Of a stretch of DNA of 64,000 bases, positions 56,185 through 63,807 are shown piece by piece. The translations under genes were made by a program, and so were the position numbers. Numbering within the stretch: the stretch's first letter is position 1; every line of letters begins with the position of its first letter. The notes below the pieces were generated by a model. The model saw nothing but the letters and a program-made list of their open reading frames with translations, was not told the origin of the DNA and made no database searches. Source of the DNA: Pseudonocardia sp. (GTDB taxonomy: Bacteria; Actinomycetota; Actinomycetes; Mycobacteriales; Pseudonocardiaceae); assembly GCF_025465255.1 (NCBI RefSeq), contig NZ_JAODNI010000113.1:15-64014 (forward strand). The letters run 5' to 3'.

Positions 56185-57145
56185 GCTTTCCGGGCCCGAC
56201 TCCCTGTCTGCCATCGCCGCCGCCTGCCTCGCGAACCCGGGACTGACCGCGAAGGCCGAGATCGCCCTCGTCGGCGAGGTCCTCGGCGGGACGGACTGGA
56301 TGGGGGGTCCCGGGGACGACGGCGCGGTGGTCACCGCGCACGGCGGCCCGGTCATCGCGTGCGGGGAGGCGCTGTTCCCCCCGTTCGTCGCCGCGGACCC
56401 GCACGGTGCCGGGTTCGCCGCGGTGCTCACGAACGTCAACGACGTGGCCGCGATGGGTGGGGTGCCGCTGGGCGTCGTGGACACCGTCGTCGCGTCGGAA
56501 CCGGTGGCCCGTAAGGCACTCGCCGGGATGCGGGAGGCCGCCGAGCTCTACGACGTGCCGATCATCGGCGGGCACCTGACGATCCATGACGGCGATCCCG
56601 CGATCTCCGCGTTCGCCGTCGGGGCCTCCGCGGCGCCGTTGTCGGTGACCCGCGCCGCGCCCGGCCAGTCGCTCGTCGTGGCCGCGGCGCTCGACGGCCG
56701 GATGCGGGCGGACTTCCCGTTCTTCCCGGCGTTCGAGTCCCGGGGCCGGCGAAGCGCGGGCGACGTCCGGCTGCTCGGCGTGCTGGCGGAATCCGGCGTC
56801 GTGGTGGCGGCGAAGGACATCAGCATGGCCGGGCTCGTCGGATCGCTGGCGATGCTCCTGGAGCCCGGACGGCTCGGCGTGACCCTCGACGTCGACGCGG
56901 TGCCGGCTCCGCCGGGTGTGCCCCTGACACGGTGGTTCAACTGCTTCCCGAGCTTCGGCTTCCTGCTCTGCGTGCCCGCGGGCCGGGAGCCGGAGTGCCT
57001 CGCCGCGTTCGCCGAGCGGGACCTGGCGGCGGCGGTCGTCGGGACCCTGGACGACACGGGCACCCTGGCCCTCTCCCGCCCGGACGAGCACGTGGAGGTC
57101 CTGAGCCTGCACGACTTCCGCGTCACCGGCCTCCCGCGCGCCTGA
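56177..57145 (+). CDS. AIR-synthase-related (PurM/ThiL/HypE-superfamily) protein, possibly sll0787/MSMEG_0566-like
   Basis: The 322-aa product overlaps the XRE gene by 8 nt. It has the PurM-like N-domain motif GPGDDGAVV and NVNDVAAMGG, plus a C-domain (AAKDISMAGLVGSLAMLLE). The subfamily call is an inference from context. Confidence 0.65.
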   Translation: MPELSGPDSLSAIAAACLANPGLTAKAEIALVGEVLGGTDWMGGPGDDGAVVTAHGGPVIACGEALFPPFVAADPHGAGFAAVLTNVNDVAAMGGVPLGVVDTVVASEPVARKALAGMREAAELYDVPIIGGHLTIHDGDPAISAFAVGASAAPLSVTRAAPGQSLVVAAALDGRMRADFPFFPAFESRGRRSAGDVRLLGVLAESGVVVAAKDISMAGLVGSLAMLLEPGRLGVTLDVDAVPAPPGVPLTRWFNCFPSFGFLLCVPAGREPECLAAFAERDLAAAVVGTLDDTGTLALSRPDEHVEVLSLHDFRVTGLPRA

Positions 57146-57224
57146 CCCCGCGACTCGCGCTCCGGCGACCACCGAGTCGGGGTGCTCGGCAGGCCGTTCG
57201 GGGGCAGGGCTGCGGCGCCGCCGG

Positions 57225-57242
57225 GCATGATCGTGATCATGC
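57225..57242. repeat. perfect 18-bp AT-rich palindrome GCATGATCGTGATCATGC
   Basis: Read directly from the sequence. It lies in the convergent intergenic region 57146-57332. Confidence 0.8.
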
Positions 57243-57332
57243 GGCTGCGGTGCGCGAGAACTTCCTGGACCGGCGCGCCGCATGGCTCGTACAGCCCGGC
57301 ACTCGGCCCGACTCGCGGGAGGGCGGTCGACG

Positions 57333-57746
57333 TCAGGGGCGGGCGAGACGGAGACGCGGGGCGCCCGACGGCGACGGCGTGCCGACGAGGGTGGGGCAGA
57401 TCCCGTCGCCCGAGGCCATGCTCAGCGTCACGTTCCGCGCCGGCGCGGGCGTCCTCGTGCCCCGCAGGGCGACGTCCGACGCGAGCGCCAGGATCCGGAG
57501 GGCGCGCTCCGGGTCCTTCCAGCGGTGCCTCTCGGCGAAGGCCGGCCAGCTCGACGGCGCGACCATCTCCTCGACCGGGTACTCGAGCTCCGCCCAGGTC
57601 ACCGCGACCTCGAACAGCTCGACGATCGCGTCCGGCTCCGTCTCGATCCGGAGCAGCCGGTCGTGGTGCGCGACGCGGGCGTGGTCGCGCCGGCACTCGG
57701 CCGGGCACGCGACGTTCGCGGGCGCGGTGCGGGGCTTCTCCGGCAC
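57333..57746 (-). CDS. hypothetical 137-aa protein downstream of pfkA
   Basis: It is the 3' part of track ORF 57333..58766, whose 5' part is an out-of-frame shadow of pfkA. GTG 57746 lies 7 nt after a perfect GGAGG. GC3 is high in ...LLRIETEPDAIVELFEVAVTWAELEYPVEEMVAPSSWPAFAERHRWKDPERALRILAL... Confidence 0.5.
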   Translation of the reverse strand: MPEKPRTAPANVACPAECRRDHARVAHHDRLLRIETEPDAIVELFEVAVTWAELEYPVEEMVAPSSWPAFAERHRWKDPERALRILALASDVALRGTRTPAPARNVTLSMASGDGICPTLVGTPSPSGAPRLRLARP

Positions 57747-57859
57747 GGGTGGACCTCCGGAACGACGAGGAACGACGGACGCCCTCAGTTCTAGGTCAGC
57801 CGCGCGGCACACCCGTTTCCGGACGGTTTCGTCCGGATGAACTCGATCTAGGGCACCGC

Positions 57860-58885
57860 TCACCCGAAGAAGATCGCGGCCTCCGCGTACAGGGCGGGGT
57901 CCACCAGCTTGAGCTCCTTCGTCGCCTCGGCGAGCGGCACCGTGACGATGTCCGTGCCCCGCAGCGCGGTCATCACGCCCCAGTTCCCCGCCGCGACGGC
58001 GTCGATCGCGTGCAGCCCGAAACGTGTCGCGAGCCAGCGGTCCCGGGCGGTCGGCGTGCCGCCGCGCTGCACGTGCCCGAGCACGGTCGTCCGCGCCTCC
58101 TTGCCGGTACGCCGCTCGATCTCCTTGCCGAGCCAGTCCCCGATGCCGCCGAGCCGGGCGTGGCCGAACGCGTCCGTCTCGCCGGACATCAGCACCTCGT
58201 CCCCCTCCTCGGGCATCGCGCCCTCGGAGACGACGATGATCGGCGCGTAGTCCAGCCGGAACCGGCTCTCGACCCACTCGCAGACCTGGTCGATGTCGAA
58301 CCGCACCTCCGGGATGAGGATCGCGTTGGCGCCGCCGGCCATTCCCGCGTGCAGGGCGATCCACCCCGCGTGCCGCCCCATGACCTCGACGATCAACGCC
58401 CGGTGGTGCGACTCCGCCGTGGTGTGCAGCCGGTCGATGGCCTCGGTCGCGATGTTCACCGCAGTGTCGAAGCCGAACGTGTAGTCCGTCCCGGAGAGGT
58501 CGTTGTCGATCGTCTTCGGCACCCCGACGACCTGTACGCCGTCCTCGTGCAGTGTGGCCGCGACGCCGAGCGTGTCCTCGCCGCCGATCGCGATCAGCGC
58601 GTCCACCCCGAGATCGGTGAGGGTCCCGCGGATCCGGGCGAGGCCGTCGTCGAGGGCGAACGGGTTGGTCCGCGAGGAGCCGAGGATCGTGCCCCCGCGG
58701 GGCAGCAGCCCGCGTACCGCCGAGACGTCGAGAGGCTTGGTGTCGCCCTCGAGCACACCCCGCCATCCGTCCCGGAACCCGACGAACTCGTAGCCGTACC
58801 CGGGGACGCCCTTCCGGACGACCGCCCGGATGACGGCGTTGAGACCGGGGCAGTCGCCGCCTCCGGTCAACACTCCGACGCGCAT
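57860..58885 (-). CDS. pfkA: 6-phosphofructokinase (ATP/PPi-dependent)
   Basis: ATG 58885 gives MRVGVLTGGGDCPGLNAVIRAVVRKG, then IGGEDTLGVA, PKTIDNDL and MGRHAGWIAL. The product is 341 aa. Confidence 0.93.
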   Translation of the reverse strand: MRVGVLTGGGDCPGLNAVIRAVVRKGVPGYGYEFVGFRDGWRGVLEGDTKPLDVSAVRGLLPRGGTILGSSRTNPFALDDGLARIRGTLTDLGVDALIAIGGEDTLGVAATLHEDGVQVVGVPKTIDNDLSGTDYTFGFDTAVNIATEAIDRLHTTAESHHRALIVEVMGRHAGWIALHAGMAGGANAILIPEVRFDIDQVCEWVESRFRLDYAPIIVVSEGAMPEEGDEVLMSGETDAFGHARLGGIGDWLGKEIERRTGKEARTTVLGHVQRGGTPTARDRWLATRFGLHAIDAVAAGNWGVMTALRGTDIVTVPLAEATKELKLVDPALYAEAAIFFG

Positions 58886-58939
58886 GCAGCAGGTCCTCTC
58901 CATCGATGCAGAAGAACCTCCGATGTTAGTCCCGTCACA

Positions 58940-60289
58940 TCAGCGACGCGCTTCCGCCTCCTCGTCCGCCTTCTCCAGCTCGCCGAACCGGGTCACGAGC
59001 CCGTCCTTCGTCGTCCGCACCAGCAGCCGCCGGTGCCGGATGAACTGCGCCACCGCCAGCACGAGGTACACCCCGGACATCGCCACGACGACGATCCGGT
59101 CCGTCTCCGAGGGCAGCGTGATGGACGTGACGAACTGCACCAGGAACAGCACCAGTAGCGCCACCGCGCCGCGCAGGCTCAGCCCGAGCGTGACCAGCAG
59201 GCTCACCGCGAACAGCGACTGCGACGCCGTCAGCAGCAGCTCGAGACGCTGGTGCGTGTCCAACGGGAGCCCGTGCAGCGACGTCGACGAGACCGCGAAG
59301 ACGATCGGCAGCGTCCCGACCAGCAGCGTCCACTGGTTGACCTTGCTGGACAGCAGCGTGCCGAGCGAGTTCCCGGCCTTGAGGCGCCACGCGTAGAGGC
59401 ACGCGACGATCAGCTCCGGGGACTCGCTGGCGAGCGGGGCGACCCACTGGACCAGCACGAACTGGTCGACGCCCAGCTCCGAACCGGTTGCGACCAGGCC
59501 CTCTGCGAAGTGTTCGGCGGTGGTGAGGATGACGAGTCCCGCGATCACGAACAGCCCGCCGACCAGCCATCGCCGGCCGGGCTTCGGCCGGCACGCGATC
59601 CAGTCCGCCGCCCCCTGCAGGTCCGGTTCCTCGGCGGGCGCCTTGGCCAGCCGCAAGGCATAGGCCGCGAAGATCGCCACGAGCACGGCGGCGTCGACGA
59701 GCGTCAGCGACGACCGCAGCGGCAACGTCAGCGAGTAGATCGTGGCGATCCCGAGGAAGACGACCTCGGCGGACATCGCCCGCGGCATGGTGACGGCGCC
59801 CGTGTGCGTCGAGACGCTGTCGTGGCCGCCGCTGCGTTTCGCGTGCCGCACCGCGAGCGTCGCGACGAGCACCACCAGCGGCCAGCCGACGCCGACGAGC
59901 ACCCGGTTGGCCCCGGTCATGTTGGCCAGGGCCAGTGAGCAGGGGTTGGTGCCGGCGGCGTCCGGGACGCAGGCGCCGTTCTCCTCGAAGACCTGCCCCG
60001 CGCGGAAGCCGAACACGAAGTCGACGGCGTACTCGGGCAGCACCGCGAGCAGCGCCAGCAAGGCGAGGGCGAGGCCGGCGCTGAGGTCCACCTGCGCCGC
60101 CTCGGCCGCCCAGGACAGGATGAAGGCCGCACCGATGATCGCGATGCCGTAGACGGCCGCGGCCAGCGGTGGCGCGAGCTCCGGGTGCGGGAGACCGAGA
60201 TACGACGCCGCGCCGAGGTAGGCGCCGGGCAGTGCGATCACGATCGCGAACACGAGCTGCAGCGGCACGCGCGGCCGGGAGTCGGGCAT
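58940..60289 (-). CDS. CaCA-family sodium/calcium (cation) exchanger membrane protein
   Basis: The 449-aa polytopic product has two alpha-repeat-like regions (WAAEAAQVDLS...LPEYAVD and VAPLASESPELIVA). Confidence 0.7.
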   Translation of the reverse strand: MPDSRPRVPLQLVFAIVIALPGAYLGAASYLGLPHPELAPPLAAAVYGIAIIGAAFILSWAAEAAQVDLSAGLALALLALLAVLPEYAVDFVFGFRAGQVFEENGACVPDAAGTNPCSLALANMTGANRVLVGVGWPLVVLVATLAVRHAKRSGGHDSVSTHTGAVTMPRAMSAEVVFLGIATIYSLTLPLRSSLTLVDAAVLVAIFAAYALRLAKAPAEEPDLQGAADWIACRPKPGRRWLVGGLFVIAGLVILTTAEHFAEGLVATGSELGVDQFVLVQWVAPLASESPELIVACLYAWRLKAGNSLGTLLSSKVNQWTLLVGTLPIVFAVSSTSLHGLPLDTHQRLELLLTASQSLFAVSLLVTLGLSLRGAVALLVLFLVQFVTSITLPSETDRIVVVAMSGVYLVLAVAQFIRHRRLLVRTTKDGLVTRFGELEKADEEAEARR

Positions 60290-60338
60290 GTCTCGTTGGT
60301 GCCCTTGGGGCGGTCAGGGCAAACGGGACGAGGGCCGT

Positions 60339-60369
60339 CTTCCGGATCCGCGCCGGCGAGATCCGGAAG
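60339..60369 (-). terminator. perfect 10-bp stem hairpin after the ClpP-like gene
   Basis: CTTCCGGATC (60339-60348) pairs with GATCCGGAAG (60360-60369). It starts 8 nt beyond the stop at 60377-60379 on the minus strand. Confidence 0.55.
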
Positions 60370-60376
60370 GCCGGGC

Positions 60377-61009
60377 CTACCCCACCCGGTCGACGAGCCC
60401 TGCGCCCACCGCCTCCTCGGCGGTGAACCAGCGCTCGGCCTCCGTGTCGGCGAGCACCTCGTCGACGCTCCGGCCGCTGTGTCGCGCGGTGATCTCCGCG
60501 CACTCCCACCGATACACGGCCAGCACGTCCGCCGGGACGGGGCCGCGCCCGTCGGAGCGCGCGGACGGGCGGCGCAGCACGATCCGCGCGTGCGCCGCGG
60601 CGCTCCGCTTGCCGGCGGCCCCGGCGGTCAGCAGGACCTGCGCGGCGGACGCGGTGAGCCCGACGGCCCTGGTCGCGACGTCCGGTGTCACGGACCGCAT
60701 CGCGTCGTGGATCGCGAGCGCGGCGGTCACCGAGCCGCCGGGCGAGGTCAGGCACAGCCTGATGTCCGTGCGCGGGTCCTCGTCCGCGAGCAGCAGCAGC
60801 TCGCCGACGACGCGCAGCGCGGCCTCGTCGTCGATCTCGCCGCCGAGCAGCACGATCCGCCGCGCGAGCAGCCGCTCCCGCAGGTCCGCGGAGGCGCCGG
60901 CGGCGGGCGCGAGCAGGTGGGTCGGGGGGATCACGAGCCGTTCGGGCCGCTCCGGGAGCCTGGGCAGGGTCGGCGGCAGGGGCGAGGGTTCGGTGGTGCG
61001 GGCGGGCAT
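60377..61009 (-). CDS. ClpP-family paralog with non-canonical catalytic positions
   Basis: The 210-aa product has RIVLLGGEIDD...LCLTSPGGSVTAALAIHDAM..PDV.T...GLTASAAQVLLTAGAAGKR. Ser is retained (TASAA). The His position (MIHQP in canonical ClpP) reads VLRRP, and the Asp region reads AERWF. Confidence 0.7.
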   Translation of the reverse strand: MPARTTEPSPLPPTLPRLPERPERLVIPPTHLLAPAAGASADLRERLLARRIVLLGGEIDDEAALRVVGELLLLADEDPRTDIRLCLTSPGGSVTAALAIHDAMRSVTPDVATRAVGLTASAAQVLLTAGAAGKRSAAAHARIVLRRPSARSDGRGPVPADVLAVYRWECAEITARHSGRSVDEVLADTEAERWFTAEEAVGAGLVDRVG

Positions 61010-61070
61010 GGCGGCCTCCTGGGATCGGGAACGCAGGCGACGGTAGGGATCCGGCGCCGCGGGCAGGGCC

Positions 61071-61568
61071 GTGTTCGCCCACAGCCGCGAACGTTCACCG
61101 GAGGCGAACTCCGGGTACGACCCGCCCGTGGCCTCACGTGATCTCGATACCGCTCATGCCCGCCCCGAAGGTGTCCCCGACGAGCTCGTCGCCGCGGTCG
61201 GAGCGTTCTCCGAGATGCTCGAACGCATCGAGCGGGCGCGGGGCGCGCTGTACGAGTTCCATCAGCTCATCGGTGGTGCGGACGCCATGCTCGACGACGT
61301 CGTCGACGGCCTGCGCAAGACCGGGCACGACGGCTGGGCGGACCGGATCGAGAGGGAGCTGGTGGGCCGCAACGTGATCCCCGGCCATTGGAGCTTCCAG
61401 ATCGTCGAGGAGTTCGACGACGGCTACTACGACGTCCTGCGCGCCCTCGAGCGCGGCGTCCGCGAGGACACGATGGACGGGCGCCGGCATGTGTTCGAGG
61501 CGGAGATGAAGCAGCGCCGGCGGACCCACGGCGAGCCGCACCACGACGCGACGCCGCAGGACGGCTAG
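61071..61568 (+). CDS. hypothetical protein, divergent from the ClpP-like gene
   Basis: The ORF is 165 aa (GTG 61071; alternative GTG 61128). Composition is coding-like from ...DELVAAVGAFSEMLERIERARGALYEFHQLIGGADAMLDDVVDGLRKTGHDGWADRIERELVGRNVIPGHWSFQIVEEFDDGYYD. I recognise no family. Confidence 0.5.
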   Translation: MFAHSRERSPEANSGYDPPVASRDLDTAHARPEGVPDELVAAVGAFSEMLERIERARGALYEFHQLIGGADAMLDDVVDGLRKTGHDGWADRIERELVGRNVIPGHWSFQIVEEFDDGYYDVLRALERGVREDTMDGRRHVFEAEMKQRRRTHGEPHHDATPQDG

Positions 61569-61576
61569 CAGGTCAC

Positions 61577-62431
61577 CTAGGTGCAGAGCTCCGGGTCGGG
61601 CACGCCGCTCCCCGCGCCCGGCTCGAACGAGATGTGCACGTGGTCGAAGTGGTTCTCGGTGGCGTCGCCGCGGTCCTCCATGCGTTCCCACCCGTCGCCG
61701 TAGTTGACCCGCTGCTTCCAGATCACGTAGGAGACGCCGAGCGCCTCCTGGTTCCGCAACGCGCAGGCGGCGATCCGGTCGCCCTCGGCGCCGGTCGTCA
61801 TCAGGTCGATCGCGAGGCCGCGCGGATGGTCCGAGACGCGGCCGCGGCCCGCGATGCCGATCAGGTCGGGCTCGTCGTAGAGGCAGGACAGGAACCGGGC
61901 GGCGTCGCGCACCCAGGTGCGGACGCCCGCGAGGGCTGACAGGTCGGCGTCGCAGTTCACCCGGGCCGCACGCCCCTCCTCGGCCCGCCGCGCGACGTCC
62001 GCCAGACCGACGGCCTTGAGCAGCCCGTCCGCGTCCGCGCGGTCGTCCGCGTCCCGCAGGAACGCGACCGGCAGGACGCTCGCGCCCAGCCCGGCGGGCT
62101 CCTCCACAGAGGCGACGTCCTCGGAGGCCAGCCCGACGGCGGCGGCGTCGGTCACGATCGTCGCCGGGGCCGCGACCAGCAGGTCCGCGCTCGGGACGAC
62201 GACGCTGAGGGCCCCGCCGGTGAGCGCGGCACCCCCGATGGCCCGGCGTACGGCCGACCGGTCCAGGACCGGGCGGCTCGGCCCGGCGGCGCCGGGGGAC
62301 GCACCGGGGGAAGGCAGGACGTGCCGGCGCGCGGGGGAGGCCGCGGCGCCCCGGCCCTGGGACAGGCGGCGTACGTCCGCCTGCGGGCCGGGATGCGCGC
62401 CGCGGCCGCCGGGGGAGCGGTGCCGGGACAC
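61577..62431 (-). CDS. secreted/anchored protein with C-terminal LAS (M15/VanY-like) zinc-hydrolase-type motifs
   Basis: The 284-aa product has a hydrophobic segment (AIGGAALTGGALSVVV). Its C-terminal domain has H-x6-D (HPRGLAID) and H-x-H (DHVHISF). Confidence 0.6.
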   Translation of the reverse strand: MSRHRSPGGRGAHPGPQADVRRLSQGRGAAASPARRHVLPSPGASPGAAGPSRPVLDRSAVRRAIGGAALTGGALSVVVPSADLLVAAPATIVTDAAAVGLASEDVASVEEPAGLGASVLPVAFLRDADDRADADGLLKAVGLADVARRAEEGRAARVNCDADLSALAGVRTWVRDAARFLSCLYDEPDLIGIAGRGRVSDHPRGLAIDLMTTGAEGDRIAACALRNQEALGVSYVIWKQRVNYGDGWERMEDRGDATENHFDHVHISFEPGAGSGVPDPELCT

Positions 62432-62485
62432 GACTGCCTTCCTCGCGCGGGGCCCGGGCGGACCACCGGCCTCGGGGGAGCCGGT

Positions 62486-62501
62486 GGATCACTCGTGATC
62501 C
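62486..62501. promoter_or_regulatory. palindrome GGATCAC-tc-GTGATCC upstream of the 61577..62431 gene
   Basis: The 7-bp arms are perfect and lie 55-70 nt upstream of GTG 62431. Confidence 0.3.
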
Positions 62502-62672
62502 GGGTCCGTCGGGGATCCGGGCCTCGTGCTTGCGTCTACGGTAGCGAGACGGTCACGTTCTGCCGAGGACCCGTGACTTTCGGTGAGTCGACCGGGTAGT
62601 GCGCCGCGGTCAGCGGTCGCCACGGATCGACGAGCGTGCAGCCGAACTACAGCGTTGTCATTCGGGGCTCCG

Positions 62673-63752
62673 TCAGCCCAGCGTCACGACGTCCGCGATC
62701 ACCGAGCTTCGCGTGGGCCGGCGGTCCTGGCCGGGGCTGTCGTGCACCACGAGCAGCCGCGCGGGCCCGGGCCCCGGGAGCAGGGCGATGCCCTCGGCGT
62801 GGTCCTCCCCGGTGCCGTGCGGCAGCTCGCCGACGAGGCTGATGTCCTCCCCACGCACCAGTCGCGACGCGTCCGTGGCCGCGGCGTTGCGCCAGCGGTA
62901 GAGCCGGACCGGACCGGAGAGCGCCATCGACGGCCCGGCCAGGACCAGCATGTCGTCGCCGTGCGGGCAGAGGTCCCGCACCCCGAGGCCGCCGAGGTCG
63001 AGCAGGTGGGTGCGGTAGCGGGTGCCGCCGGGCAGCTCGCCGAGGACGAGCCGGCCGTCGTCGTCCGGATCGGGGTGCGGCGCGACCTCCAGCACGATCG
63101 CCCAGCCGCGGAGCACCGGCCCGCGCAGTCCCAGGTAGACGGTGTCCCCGTGCACCGCGATGCCCTCGACGTCGAAGCCGTTGTCCTTGGACGGGATCTT
63201 CAGGAACGGGCGGATGAGCGGGTCGTCGGCCAGCACGTCCGTGAGACCGACCGAACCGCGTGCGCCGACGAGCGCGGAGTGCTTCCCGGCGGGGGTGGCG
63301 CGGACCGGCGCCGGTGGTCCGTCCGCATAGTCCTGCACGGCGAGGCGCACGATGACGAAGCGGTTGGGCTCGCGGCGCACCTTGGCCAGGCGCTTGAACG
63401 CCTTTTCCGGAGGGTGCTTGGGCTTGATCTGCTTGCGCACCAGGCTGTGCGAACCCACGACCCACAGGTGGTCCGCGGTGCGCGCCAGACCCTCGACGTC
63501 GACCTCCTCGTCCGGGCCGCCGGGCAGCTCGACGAGCTCGGCGAGCGAGAACGTCGTCGCCCGGTCCGCGACGGTGGGCCCGTGCGGCGAGTCCAGCCGG
63601 AGGCGTTCGACGGTGGCGGTCTCGTCCCCGGCCAGCCACAGCGTGGAGCCCTCGACGTACGCGGCCGAGAGGTTGACGTGGTTCCCGGTGCGGACCGTGT
63701 CCCCGCCGAAGCGCAGCTCGACCTGCCTCTCGACCTGCATCTCGACGCCCAT
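62673..63752 (-). CDS. repeat/propeller-like protein (DUF3616-like)
   Basis: The 359-aa product has recurring D[VI]EG[LI]A blade-like motifs (VDVEGLARTADHLWVVGSHS, FDVEGIAVHGDTVYLGLRGP, HAEGIALLPG). The family name is from memory. Confidence 0.55.
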   Translation of the reverse strand: MGVEMQVERQVELRFGGDTVRTGNHVNLSAAYVEGSTLWLAGDETATVERLRLDSPHGPTVADRATTFSLAELVELPGGPDEEVDVEGLARTADHLWVVGSHSLVRKQIKPKHPPEKAFKRLAKVRREPNRFVIVRLAVQDYADGPPAPVRATPAGKHSALVGARGSVGLTDVLADDPLIRPFLKIPSKDNGFDVEGIAVHGDTVYLGLRGPVLRGWAIVLEVAPHPDPDDDGRLVLGELPGGTRYRTHLLDLGGLGVRDLCPHGDDMLVLAGPSMALSGPVRLYRWRNAAATDASRLVRGEDISLVGELPHGTGEDHAEGIALLPGPGPARLLVVHDSPGQDRRPTRSSVIADVVTLG

Positions 63753-63807
63753 CCGACGTTTCTACCGCCTCCGGGCGGCTCGGCGGTGGGTTCGCGACCC
63801 GACAGCG

